A model generated the notes under the pieces. It worked only from the letters and a program-made list of their open reading frames with translations. It was not told the origin of the DNA and searched no databases. The translations under genes and the position numbers were made by a program. A stretch of 64,000 nucleotides of DNA from an uncultured delta proteobacterium (GTDB taxonomy: Bacteria > Myxococcota_A > UBA9160 > JAFDET01): the NCBI GenBank assembly GCA_947259215.1, contig CAMYLJ010000001.1:84505-148504 (forward strand), written 5' to 3'. Below, one piece after another: positions 9,669 through 18,634 of the stretch. Positions within the stretch are counted from its first letter, which is position 1; each line of letters begins with the position of its first letter.

Positions 9669-10309
9669 TCGCCGCCCTCGTGCCCGTCAAGCGCCTGGGC
9701 GCGGGGAAGTCGCGCCTGCCCCTGGACCGGGATGCCAGCGCCGCGCTGGCACAAGCCATGTTGGAGGACGTGCTGGCCGCGCTGCGGGCGTTGCCCGAAC
9801 TCGACCCGGTGGCCGTCGTGACCGGCGACCCCGGCGTGGCGGAAGCGGCCGCAGCCGCGGGCGCCCGCGTGCTGCGCCACCCGGAAGAGGGACTGAACGC
9901 GTCCATCGACGCCGCCTCCGCTGCCCTCTCCGCCGAGGGCGCCACGGGCGTGCTGGTGGTGCTGGGAGACGTGGCCGGGGTGGTGCCGGAGGACCTGCGC
10001 CGCCTGCTGGCCGAGCTCGACGCCGTCGGCGGCAGCGGCGCCGTGCTGGCGCCGTCGGCCGACGGCGGCACGGCGGCCCTGCTGCGCGCGCCCGCCGACG
10101 CCATCGCATCGGGCTTCGGTCCGGAGAGCGCGGCGCGGCATCGGGAGCTGGCGCGCGAGGCGGGCGTGCCCCTGCGCGAGCTCGCCCTCCCCTCGCTGGC
10201 CGTGGACATCGACGCCGAGGAGGACTTGTCTGCATTCCTGGCCCGGCCCGACGGGGGCGCGCGCACGCGGGCGGCCCTGGCGCGGATCGGCTGGCGGGCG
10301 CCGCAGTGA
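9665..10309 (+). CDS. cofC: 2-phospho-L-lactate (or PEP) guanylyltransferase
   Basis: ATG at 9665 overlaps the cofD stop (ATGA). The sequence MIAALVPVKRLGAGKSRL...VVLGDVAGV matches the CofC/FbiD pattern. Trimmed from the 719-aa track ORF. Confidence 0.8.
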   Translation: MIAALVPVKRLGAGKSRLPLDRDASAALAQAMLEDVLAALRALPELDPVAVVTGDPGVAEAAAAAGARVLRHPEEGLNASIDAASAALSAEGATGVLVVLGDVAGVVPEDLRRLLAELDAVGGSGAVLAPSADGGTAALLRAPADAIASGFGPESAARHRELAREAGVPLRELALPSLAVDIDAEEDLSAFLARPDGGARTRAALARIGWRAPQ

Positions 10310-11061
10310 CGGCGCCCCCCGCGCCCGTGCGCCTGGTGCCGATCCCCGGCGTACCGGCCGTCGCGCCGGGCGACGACCTGGCGGCGCTCGTCGCCGACGC
10401 CGCGGCGCAGGCCGGTATCACGCTGCGCGACGGGGTGCTGGTCGTGTGCCAGAAGGTCGTGTCCAAGGCGGAGGGCCGGCTCGCGCGGCTGGCCGAGGTG
10501 GAGCCCTCCCCGGAGGCGCGGAAGATCGCTCGCGAGGAGGACAGGGATCCGCGCCAGGTGGAGCTCGTGTTGCGGGAGAGCCGGCGCATCGTGCGCCGCG
10601 GCCACGGGGTGCTCATCGCCGAGACCCACCACGGCTTCGTCTGCGCCAACGCCGGCGTCGATCTCTCGAACGCGCCGGAGGACGGAGTCGCGGTGCTGCT
10701 GCCGCTGGATCCGGACGCTTCGGCGCGCCGGCTGCGCGACGCCCTGGCGCCGCCGGAGGCGCGCCTCGGCATCATCGTCTCCGACACCTTCGGGCGCCCC
10801 TGGCGCGAGGGCCTGGTGGACGTGGCCATCGGCTGCGCGGGGATGTCGCCGCTGCGCGACGACCGGGGCAGCCACGACCTCGCCGGCCGCGAGCTCCAGG
10901 TCACCGCGCTCGCGACCGCAGATCAGCTGGCGGCGGCGGCCGGGCTGCTCATGCCCAAGGCGGCCGGGATCGCCGCGGTCTGGATCGAGGGCGTGGCGAT
11001 CGAGGGCGACGCCCCGCTGCGCTCGCTCCTGCGCGACCCGGCCGGCGATCTCTTCCGCTGA
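10306..11061 (+). CDS. cofE: Coenzyme F420-0:L-glutamate ligase
   Basis: GTG at 10306 overlaps the cofC stop (GTGA). The motifs VLVVCQKVVSKAEGR...HGFVCANAGVDLSN...SDTFGRPWREG are CofE / FbiB N-domain motifs. Confidence 0.85.
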   Translation: MTAPPAPVRLVPIPGVPAVAPGDDLAALVADAAAQAGITLRDGVLVVCQKVVSKAEGRLARLAEVEPSPEARKIAREEDRDPRQVELVLRESRRIVRRGHGVLIAETHHGFVCANAGVDLSNAPEDGVAVLLPLDPDASARRLRDALAPPEARLGIIVSDTFGRPWREGLVDVAIGCAGMSPLRDDRGSHDLAGRELQVTALATADQLAAAAGLLMPKAAGIAAVWIEGVAIEGDAPLRSLLRDPAGDLFR

Positions 11062-11074
11062 GCGCGAAGCCGGA

Positions 11075-11677
11075 TCAGGCCAGCTCGCGGGCGAGGGCCG
11101 ACCACAGGGTGTCGATGCCGAGCCCGCTCTGGGCGGAGGTGGCCACCACGCGCTCCGCCGGCAACTCGAAGGCCCGCACCAGCTCCCGCACCCGGGCGGC
11201 GCGGCGACCGGGCTTCAGCTTGTCGCACTTGGTGAGGGCCACCAGCACCGGGATCCGGCGCTCCGCCAGCCAGGCCAGGAGGTCGAGCTCGTCATCCGAG
11301 ACGTCGCGTCGCAGGTCCTGGAGCAGCACCGCCACCCGCAGGCTGCCCCGCGCCTCCAGGTAGCCCTCCACCAGGACCTGCCAGCGCTGGCGCTCGGCCT
11401 TCGAGACCCGCGCCCAGCCGTAGCCCGGCAGGTCCACCAGCAGGAGCTCGCGATTCGCACCGCCGCCGCGACCCGTGAGCCGGTAGAAGTGAAGCAGCCG
11501 GGTCTTCCCCGGCGTGGAGCTCGTCTGCGCCAGCCGCTTCCGCCCGGCCAGGCGGTTCAGCAGGCTCGACTTGCCCACGTTCGAGCGCCCCAGGAACGCC
11601 AGCTCCGGCAGCCCCTCGGCCGGGAGCGTGGCCGGCGAGGCGGCGCTCGCCACCCGCTCGGCGCTCGCCACTTTCAC
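11075..11677 (-). CDS. engB: Ribosome biogenesis GTPase YsxC/EngB
   Basis: GTG at 11677 overlaps the aminotransferase stop (GTGA). It has G1 GRSNVGKSS, G3 DLPGYG and G4 TKCDK. Confidence 0.85.
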   Translation of the reverse strand: MKVASAERVASAASPATLPAEGLPELAFLGRSNVGKSSLLNRLAGRKRLAQTSSTPGKTRLLHFYRLTGRGGGANRELLLVDLPGYGWARVSKAERQRWQVLVEGYLEARGSLRVAVLLQDLRRDVSDDELDLLAWLAERRIPVLVALTKCDKLKPGRRAARVRELVRAFELPAERVVATSAQSGLGIDTLWSALARELA

Positions 11678-12828
11678 GCTGCGCCCGGCAGCGCCCGCGC
11701 CAGCCGCTCGAGCGCCTCCTCCAGGGTCTCCTTGGACACCGCGTAGGAGAAGCGCAGGAAGCCCTCCCCCGCCGCGCCGAAGTCGACGCCCGGGGTGACG
11801 GCCACGTGCGCGCGCTCGAGCAGGTCGAAGGCCAGGGCCATGGAGTCGCGCCCGAAGGCCCGCGCGTCGGCGAACACGTAGAAGGCCCCGGCGGGCGGAG
11901 CCGCCACGCCGAAGCCGAGGCGCCGCAGCCCTTCGACCAGCACGTCGCGGCGCTCGGCGAAGGCGTCGCGCATGGCGCGCACCGGGGCCTCGCCCTCGGC
12001 GAGGGCCGCCACACCCGCCCACTGCACGAAGCGGTTGGCCGAGATGAAGAGACTCTGCTGCATCACCTGGAGCGGCCGCAGGGCGTCCGGCGGGGCCACG
12101 ACGTAGCCGAGGCGGAAGCCGGTCATGGCGTAGCGCTTCGAGAAGCCGTCGAAGACGAAGACGTCGTCGCCACGCCCCAGGGCGCTCGGCGCGTCGCGCC
12201 CGTCGTAGGTGAGTCCCGCGTAGATCTCGTCGGAGAGCAGGGGCACGCCCAGCGCCGCCAGCCCGTCGAGAGTCTCCGCCGCCTGCACGGCGCCGGTGGG
12301 ATTCGCCGGCGACGCCACCACCACGGCCCGGGTCCGCGGCGTGATCGCCTCGCGCACGCGCTCCGGGTCGAGCCGCCAGCCGTCGGCGGGCTGCGTCGGC
12401 ACCAGCACGGGCCGCCCGCCGCAGAAGCGGATGAAGTTGGGATAGCAGGGGTAGTGCGGGGTCCCGAGGACCACTTCGTCCCCGGGCGTCACGAGCAGCG
12501 AGAAGACCAGCAGCATCGCGGGCGAGGTTCCGCTCGTCACCAGCACCCGTTCGGAATCGACCGCGACGCCGCTGCGCTCCGCGTGGTGGCGGGCGACGGC
12601 CTCGCGCAGCTCGGCCAGCCCGCGGCTGTCCGTGTAGTGGGTCTCGCCGCCGCGCACCGCATCGGCACAGGCTTCCACCGCCGCGCGCGGCGGCGGGAAG
12701 TCCGGCTCGCCGATCTCCAGGTGCAGCACCCGCGCGCCCGCGCGCTCCATCGCGAAGGCGCGCTCCATCACCTCCATCGCCAGGAAGGGCTCGAGCTCGA
12801 GCACGCGCGGGTTCGGACGGATGCTCAT
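11674..12828 (-). CDS. Pyridoxal-phosphate-dependent aminotransferase, class I/II
   Basis: Trimmed to ATG at 12828 (MSIRPNPRVLELEPF...). It has SPANPTG, the FSKRYAMTGFRLGY lysine motif and a C-terminal R..S pattern. Confidence 0.85.
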   Translation of the reverse strand: MSIRPNPRVLELEPFLAMEVMERAFAMERAGARVLHLEIGEPDFPPPRAAVEACADAVRGGETHYTDSRGLAELREAVARHHAERSGVAVDSERVLVTSGTSPAMLLVFSLLVTPGDEVVLGTPHYPCYPNFIRFCGGRPVLVPTQPADGWRLDPERVREAITPRTRAVVVASPANPTGAVQAAETLDGLAALGVPLLSDEIYAGLTYDGRDAPSALGRGDDVFVFDGFSKRYAMTGFRLGYVVAPPDALRPLQVMQQSLFISANRFVQWAGVAALAEGEAPVRAMRDAFAERRDVLVEGLRRLGFGVAAPPAGAFYVFADARAFGRDSMALAFDLLERAHVAVTPGVDFGAAGEGFLRFSYAVSKETLEEALERLARALPGAA

Positions 12829-12903
12829 CGCCGCTTCGGGGTAGCCGGCGGCGCTGCCGACGTCAAGCCGCCCCTCGGGCGCAACTCCTCGGTTTTCGTC
12901 GGC

Positions 12904-12931
12904 TTTCCAGCTGAGCGGCGTTTGATACATT
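12904..12931 (+). promoter_or_regulatory. Candidate sigma70-type promoter for the ccm operon
   Basis: TTTCCA-N16-TACATT lies in the only AT-richer patch of the divergent intergenic region, about 60 nt upstream of the ccmE GTG. It is followed by the hairpin GGCGTCC(12945-51)/GGACGCC(12958-64). Confidence 0.3.
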
Positions 12932-12993
12932 CCTGTCCGCGCCAGGCGTCCGCAACGGGACGCCGTCCCCTGTGGGACGCGCCGGGAGATTCC

Positions 12994-13434
12994 GTGTCCA
13001 AGGGCCTCCAGATCGCCGTCGGCGGGCTCACCGTCGCCGCCCTCCTCGGGTGGTACGGCTGGAGCGCCCTCGAGGACGCGGGCACCTACCGCTACTTCCA
13101 GACCCTGGATGAGTTCCGTGCGGTGGGCGCCGAGGCGGGTCCCTCGCGGGTGCACGGCTACGTGGCCGAGGGCTCGATCCAGCGCGACGTAGCCAGCAAG
13201 AGCGTCCGCTTCGTCGTGCAGTCGACGCCACCCCACGCCGGGACCGCGAGCGGCGCGCCGCTCGTCGTGCGCTACGCGAGCCTCGAGACGCCGGACCTCT
13301 TCAAGGACGGCGCCGAGGTGGTGGTGGAGGGCGAGCTCGCCGCCTCGGGCGGGGAGCCCGTATTCCACGCCACCAAGGTGCTGGCCAAGTGTCCGTCGAA
13401 GTTCGAGGCAGAGGGCGCCCAGGCGTCGTTCTGA
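12994..13434 (+). CDS. ccmE: Cytochrome c maturation heme chaperone CcmE, Cys-type variant
   Basis: GTG at 12994 is preceded by gggag. TM anchor, then an OB fold (TPDLFKDGAEVVVEGEL). The heme-binding position reads VLAKCPSKF rather than the canonical LAKHDENY. Confidence 0.85.
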   Translation: MSKGLQIAVGGLTVAALLGWYGWSALEDAGTYRYFQTLDEFRAVGAEAGPSRVHGYVAEGSIQRDVASKSVRFVVQSTPPHAGTASGAPLVVRYASLETPDLFKDGAEVVVEGELAASGGEPVFHATKVLAKCPSKFEAEGAQASF

Positions 13435-13457
13435 GCGCTCCGGCGCAGCGGGAGACC

Positions 13458-15437
13458 ATGGCCGAGATCGGATCCATCGCCCAGCAGCTGGCGCTCTTCG
13501 TCGCGCTCGCGGGCGTCGTCTTCGGCGTGTTCGCAGGCGTGACGCGCAGCGCGGCCTGGGCCCGGGTCTCCGAGCGGTCGGTCTTCGCCGCCTGCGCGGC
13601 CGCGACCCTGGCCATCGGCTGCCTCTTTCTCTCCTTCGGCCGCGGCGACTTCGGGATCATGTACGTGGCCGAGACCTCGGCGCGCGCCATGCCCATGCGC
13701 TACCGGCTGGCGGCGCTCTGGGGCGGACAGGACGGCTCGCTGCTGCTCTGGCTGTGGATGCTCAGCATCTACTCCAGCGTGGCCGTCTTCAGCCTGCGCG
13801 ACCGCGCGCGCAGCCTGCTGCCGTGGGCGTGCGCCATGCTGCTCGCCAACCAGGTCTTTTTCCTGGTGCTCGTGAACTTCTTCACGAACCCCTTCGAGCT
13901 CTTCCCTCCCGGTGAGGCGCCGTCGGACGGCCGCGGCCTGAACCCGCTGCTCCAGCACCCGCTGATGACGATCCACCCGCTGCTGCTGTACGCGGGCTTC
14001 GTCGGCTTCGCCGTCCCCTTCGCCTTCGGGTTCGCCGCGCTGATGTCGGGGGAACTCGGCACGGCCTGGTTCCGGGCCACCCGGCGCTGGGCGATCTTCG
14101 CCTGGGCGATGCTCGGCGTGGGCATCCTGCTGGGCGGCCGCTGGGCCTACGAGGTGCTCGGCTGGGGCGGCTACTGGGCCTGGGATCCGGTGGAGAACGC
14201 CTCGTTCATGCCCTGGCTCGTGGCCACCGCCTACCTGCACTCGGTCATGATCCAGGAGAAGCGCGACATGCTGCGCATCTGGAACCTGGTCCTGATCGGG
14301 CTGACCTACGTCCTGTGCCTCTTCGGGACCTTCCTGACCCGCAGCGGGATCGTGCAGTCGGTCCACGCCTTCGCGCAGACGGACTGGTTCGGGCGCGTCT
14401 TCCTGTCCTACGTGGTGGTCTCTGCCGGACTCTTCTTCGTGCCGCTCTTCCTGCGGCGGCACGAGCTGCGCAGTCCGAACCGGCTGGAGTCCGTGGTCTC
14501 CCGCGAAGCGAGCTTCCTGATCAACAACTGGATCTTCCTGGGGATCCTGCTGGTGGTGCTGTGGGGCACCCTCTTCCCCGTGCTGTCCGAGGCGGTGAGC
14601 GGAACCAAGATCGCCGTGCACCACACCTTCTTCAACCGCATGAACGCGCCGCTGGCCATGCTGCTGCTGCTGCTGACCGGCGTGGGCCCGCTGATCGCCT
14701 GGCGCCGCGCCTCGCCGGCCAGCTTGAAGCGCCAGTTCGTGGTGCCGGTCTCGGTGGGCGCTGCAACCGCTGCGGTGCTGCTGGCGACCCTCGGCACGCG
14801 CGTCGGCTTCTTCCCGCTCGTCACCTGGAGCCTGTCCGCCTTCGTGGTGGCGACCGTCGCGCAGGAGTACGGGCGCGCCATCCGCGCGCGGGTGCGCGGC
14901 GGCGAGACGCCGTGGGGCGCCCTGGCCACCCTGCTGCGCAAGAACCAGCGACGCTACGGCGGCTACGTGGTGCACCTGGGGATCGTCTTCGTGCTGGTCG
15001 GCGCAGCCGGCGCGGCCTTCAACGAAGAGCGGCTGGAGAACGTGCGTCCCGGAGACTCCGTGACGATGAACGGCTACACGCTGCGCTACCTGACGGCGCA
15101 CCCGCTGCCGGCGCAGCACTACGGCGGTGCCCAGGCCCGGATCGCTCTCTTCCGCGGCGACGAGCCCCTGGCCACCCTGGTGCCCGAGAAGCGGGTCTAC
15201 TGGCTGGAGGAGCAGCCGACGTCGATCCCGGCCATCCGCTCCAGCCTGCGCGAGGACCTCTACGTGCTGCTCACCGCCGTGGAGGCGGACGGATCCGCCA
15301 CCCTCAAGATCCACCGCAATCCGCTGGTGGCCTGGATCTGGCTGGGCGGGGCGACCTTCGTGCTCGGCACGATCCTCGTGATGTGGCCCCACGCGCCGCG
15401 CCCCGAGCGCGGACGCCCCGAGCCGCCTTCGGCATGA
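13458..15437 (+). CDS. ccmF: Cytochrome c-type biogenesis protein CcmF (heme lyase)
   Basis: ATG at 13458. Polytopic membrane protein with the WWD region (WGGYWAWDPVENASFMPWL). Confidence 0.9.
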   Translation: MAEIGSIAQQLALFVALAGVVFGVFAGVTRSAAWARVSERSVFAACAAATLAIGCLFLSFGRGDFGIMYVAETSARAMPMRYRLAALWGGQDGSLLLWLWMLSIYSSVAVFSLRDRARSLLPWACAMLLANQVFFLVLVNFFTNPFELFPPGEAPSDGRGLNPLLQHPLMTIHPLLLYAGFVGFAVPFAFGFAALMSGELGTAWFRATRRWAIFAWAMLGVGILLGGRWAYEVLGWGGYWAWDPVENASFMPWLVATAYLHSVMIQEKRDMLRIWNLVLIGLTYVLCLFGTFLTRSGIVQSVHAFAQTDWFGRVFLSYVVVSAGLFFVPLFLRRHELRSPNRLESVVSREASFLINNWIFLGILLVVLWGTLFPVLSEAVSGTKIAVHHTFFNRMNAPLAMLLLLLTGVGPLIAWRRASPASLKRQFVVPVSVGAATAAVLLATLGTRVGFFPLVTWSLSAFVVATVAQEYGRAIRARVRGGETPWGALATLLRKNQRRYGGYVVHLGIVFVLVGAAGAAFNEERLENVRPGDSVTMNGYTLRYLTAHPLPAQHYGGAQARIALFRGDEPLATLVPEKRVYWLEEQPTSIPAIRSSLREDLYVLLTAVEADGSATLKIHRNPLVAWIWLGGATFVLGTILVMWPHAPRPERGRPEPPSA

Positions 15438-17239
15438 TGCGACGTGCGGCGGTGCTCGCGGCCGGCCTGGCGCTGGCTGGTGGTGCCGTCGCCCAGGAGA
15501 CGCCGGCCGGGGACGACGTGCCCGTCGGCGACGGCGCCATCGTGGGTCGCGTCGTCCACGGGGGAACCGGCGCGGGCGTCGCGGGCGCCGACGTGGTGAT
15601 CTACGCCATCGCGCCCGACGGTCGCCCGGGCGTGCGCCGCGGGCAGAGCGGCGCGGAGGGCGCGTTCCGCTTCGAGGGCGTCAGCACCGATCCGGGCACG
15701 GCCTATCTGTTCGGAGCGCGCTACCAGGAAGTTCCCTTCGTGGGCGAACGCCTGGCCTTCGAGCCCGGCCAGACCGAGCGCAGCACCACCCTGACCGTGC
15801 ACGAGCGCACCCGCGACCCGTCCGCGGTCGAGGTCGCCGAGGTCACGCTGCGCCTGGCGCGGATCGGGCAGGAGCTCGCCGTGGCCGAGATCTACCGCCT
15901 GCGAAACCCGAGCGACCGCGTCTTCTTCCTGCGCGACGACGAGCGCGGCGCGGGCACGCGTCCGGCGCTGCACGCGCTGCTGCCCGAAGGCGTGCTGCGC
16001 TTCGCCCTGCCCTACGCCGCGGTGCCCGAGGGCCTCCTGCGAGACGGCCGCGACGTGCGCTTCTACGGTCCCGTCTACCCCGGGGAGCAGGAGCTCGGCT
16101 TCACCTACACCTTGCCCGCACGCGAGGGCGACCAGGCCCTCGCGAAACGCTGGCCGACCGGCGCCACGCGGGCCGTCCTGTTGATCCCCGACGGCCTGGA
16201 GGCCTCCGCGCCCGACTTCCGCGCCGGCGAGGATCGCCAGGTGGACGGTCAGCGGCACCGCACCCTCGAGCTCGCCGGGCTGGCGCCGGGCAGCCGGACG
16301 CGGCTCGCGCTCCAGCTGCCGGCGACCGTGCGCGACCCGGACGCCGTCGCGCTCGCGCACGTGCGGAGCTTCCTCGAGCTGGACGACGCCGCACTCCAGG
16401 TGAGCGAGGAGTACCACCTCGAGGTCGCCGGCGGACAGCCGGTGGTCGGCTCCGAGACGGAGCCGCTCTTGCGGATCCCCATCCCTCCGGAAGCGCGCGA
16501 CGTGCGCTACGGGGCCGCCTCCTTCCCCAGCGGCATCGCCAGCGCCGGCGGCGACCTGGTGGTGGCGGGGCCGGTCCCGCCCGGCGCCTCGCGGGTGGAC
16601 GTGCGCTACCGGCTTCCCGCCGACGCGACCCCCGTGCACTTCGAGCGCCGCTACGGGCGACCGGTGCCGACGGTCTCGCTCTACGTCGCCGACACGGGAC
16701 TCGAGCTGCGCTCCGAGCGACTGCACCGGCGGCGGCCGGTGAAGGCGCAGGAGCGGCTCTACATGCATTTCGAGGCCTTCCACGTGGCCGCGGACGAACG
16801 GGTGGACGCCACGCTCGCGCCGCTGGCCCGGACCCGGTCCCTGGGGCGCGGCGCGCGCGTGGCGTTCGTGCTGGCGGCGGCCGCCGCCCTGGCGCTCTTC
16901 CTGGCGGCCCCGCTCCGCCCGGGCGTGCGCGTCACGGAGCGCTCCCCGGCCGATGACACGGCGCGCGACGAACGCAATGCGCTCTACGCCGCGCTCCGCG
17001 ATCTCGAGCACGACTTCGAGACCGGGAAGCTCTCCCAGGAGGACTTCGCGCGCATGCGCGACGAGCTGCGCGGCCGGGCGGCCTCGCTCCTGCGCGCCGA
17101 GCGCTCTGCCGAGGCGTCGCCGCCGGCGGAGCCGGCCGCGACGCCGTGCGGCGCCTGCGGCGCCGAGCCTCCGCCGAGCGCGCGCTTCTGCTCCCACTGC
17201 GGGGCGCCCCTTGCCGACGGACCGGGAGCCACCGCGTGA
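15434..17239 (+). CDS. Uncharacterised ccm-embedded protein: signal peptide, CarboxypepD_reg-like fold, large periplasmic region, TM segment, CcmI-N-like helix and a C-terminal zinc ribbon
   Basis: ATG at 15434 overlaps the ccmF stop (ATGA), and its stop overlaps the ccmA GTG (GTGA). Sequence elements: MMRRAAVLAAGLALAGGAVAQ signal; GRVVHGGTGAGVAGADVVIY...GAFRFEGV; TM VAFVLAAAAALALFLAAPL; NALYAALRDLEHDFETGKLSQEDFARMRDEL; CGACGAEPPPSARFCSHCGAPL. Confidence 0.7.
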   Translation: MMRRAAVLAAGLALAGGAVAQETPAGDDVPVGDGAIVGRVVHGGTGAGVAGADVVIYAIAPDGRPGVRRGQSGAEGAFRFEGVSTDPGTAYLFGARYQEVPFVGERLAFEPGQTERSTTLTVHERTRDPSAVEVAEVTLRLARIGQELAVAEIYRLRNPSDRVFFLRDDERGAGTRPALHALLPEGVLRFALPYAAVPEGLLRDGRDVRFYGPVYPGEQELGFTYTLPAREGDQALAKRWPTGATRAVLLIPDGLEASAPDFRAGEDRQVDGQRHRTLELAGLAPGSRTRLALQLPATVRDPDAVALAHVRSFLELDDAALQVSEEYHLEVAGGQPVVGSETEPLLRIPIPPEARDVRYGAASFPSGIASAGGDLVVAGPVPPGASRVDVRYRLPADATPVHFERRYGRPVPTVSLYVADTGLELRSERLHRRRPVKAQERLYMHFEAFHVAADERVDATLAPLARTRSLGRGARVAFVLAAAAALALFLAAPLRPGVRVTERSPADDTARDERNALYAALRDLEHDFETGKLSQEDFARMRDELRGRAASLLRAERSAEASPPAEPAATPCGACGAEPPPSARFCSHCGAPLADGPGATA

Positions 17240-17955
17240 GCGAGCCGGTGGTGGAGGCCACCGGTCTCAGCAAGCGGTTCGGACCGGTGGTCGCCCTGCG
17301 CGGCATCGACCTGCAGGTTCCGCGCGGGAGCCTGCTCGCCGTGCTCGGTCCCAACGGTGCCGGCAAGTCCACCCTGCTGCGGCTGCTGGCGGGCCTCGCG
17401 CGCCCGAGCGCGGGAACCCTGCGGGTCGGCGACGCCGCCGGCGACCGGCGTGCGGCCCGGCGCGAGATCGGCTTCATCGGCCACCAGACCTTCCTCTACC
17501 CGGCGCTGACGGCGCGCGAGAACCTGCGCTTCGCCGCCCGGCTCTACGGCGTCGCTGGAGCCGAGGGCCGGATCGCCCGGCTGCTGGCGGAGCAGGACCT
17601 GGAGCCGCTGGCGGATCGCGCGGCGGGAACCCTGTCTCGCGGGCAGGCCCAGCGGCTGGCCATCGCCCGCGGCCTGGTCCACGACCCCGCCGTCGTGCTC
17701 CTCGACGAGCCCATGAGCGGGCTCGACCGGGCGGCGGCGGGTCGCCTGGCTGCGCGCCTCGGACGCCTGCGCGACGACGGGCGCACCCTCGTGCTCGTGA
17801 CCCACGACCTGGCGCGGGCCGCCGAGCTGGCCGACGCCGCGCTGGTGCTGGTGGCCGGCCGCGTCGCCCAGCGTGCCGAAGGCGCCGCGCTCGCGCCGGA
17901 GGAGCTGGAGCGCGCCTACCTCGCGGCCCTGGAGAGCGGCGGAGGTGCGGCGTGA
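17236..17955 (+). CDS. ccmA: Heme exporter ATP-binding protein CcmA
   Basis: GTG at 17236. Walker A GPNGAGKST, signature LSRGQAQRLAIARG and Walker B VLLDEP. Confidence 0.85.
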   Translation: MSEPVVEATGLSKRFGPVVALRGIDLQVPRGSLLAVLGPNGAGKSTLLRLLAGLARPSAGTLRVGDAAGDRRAARREIGFIGHQTFLYPALTARENLRFAARLYGVAGAEGRIARLLAEQDLEPLADRAAGTLSRGQAQRLAIARGLVHDPAVVLLDEPMSGLDRAAAGRLAARLGRLRDDGRTLVLVTHDLARAAELADAALVLVAGRVAQRAEGAALAPEELERAYLAALESGGGAA

Positions 17956-18617
17956 ACGCGCTCTGGGCGCTGCTCTGGAAGGACCTGGTCTCCGAGTGGC
18001 GCAGCCGCGACCGCGCGATCGCCATGGGGGTGTTCGCGCTGCTGGTGGTGCTGGTGTTCGAGTTCGCGCTGCCGCGCGAAGGTCCCGAGCAGGCGCGCGC
18101 GCTGGCGCCCGGCGTGCTCTGGGTCACCTGGCTCTTCGCGGCGCTGCTGGGGCTGAACCGCGCCTTCGCGCTCGAGCTGGAGAACGAGGCGCTCGCGGGG
18201 CTCGCGCTCACGCCCGCCGACCGCGGCTGGATCTTCCTCGGCAAGGCCGCGGCGAACTTCGTGCTGCTGGGGGCCGTGCAGGCCGTGACCGGCGTCGTCT
18301 TCGCCGCCGTCGCGGGCCTCGATCTCGGCCCGGTGGCGCTGCCCCTGGCCGGGGTCGCGGCGCTCGGCGCGCTGGGGATCTGCTCGGTGGGAACGCTCTT
18401 CGGCGCCATGGCGGTGCGCACCAGCTACCGCGAGGTGATGCTTCCGCTGCTGCTGCTGCCGCTGTTGCTGCCGGTACTGGTGGGCGCGGTGCAGGCGAGC
18501 GCGGGATTGATCGACGCGGGCAGCGTCCCGCCTGCGTCGCTGCGCCTGCTGGTCGCCGCCGACGGCGTCTATCTGATAGTCTCGTTTCTCGTCTTCGAGT
18601 ACGTCCTCGACGAGTGA
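17952..18617 (+). CDS. ccmB: Heme exporter permease CcmB
   Basis: GTG at 17952 overlaps the ccmA stop. Six-TM protein reading VNALWALLWKDLVSEWRSRD...; its position is between ccmA and ccmC. Confidence 0.8.
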   Translation: MNALWALLWKDLVSEWRSRDRAIAMGVFALLVVLVFEFALPREGPEQARALAPGVLWVTWLFAALLGLNRAFALELENEALAGLALTPADRGWIFLGKAAANFVLLGAVQAVTGVVFAAVAGLDLGPVALPLAGVAALGALGICSVGTLFGAMAVRTSYREVMLPLLLLPLLLPVLVGAVQASAGLIDAGSVPPASLRLLVAADGVYLIVSFLVFEYVLDE

Positions 18618-18634
18618 GTCGGAGGCCCCCCGGC

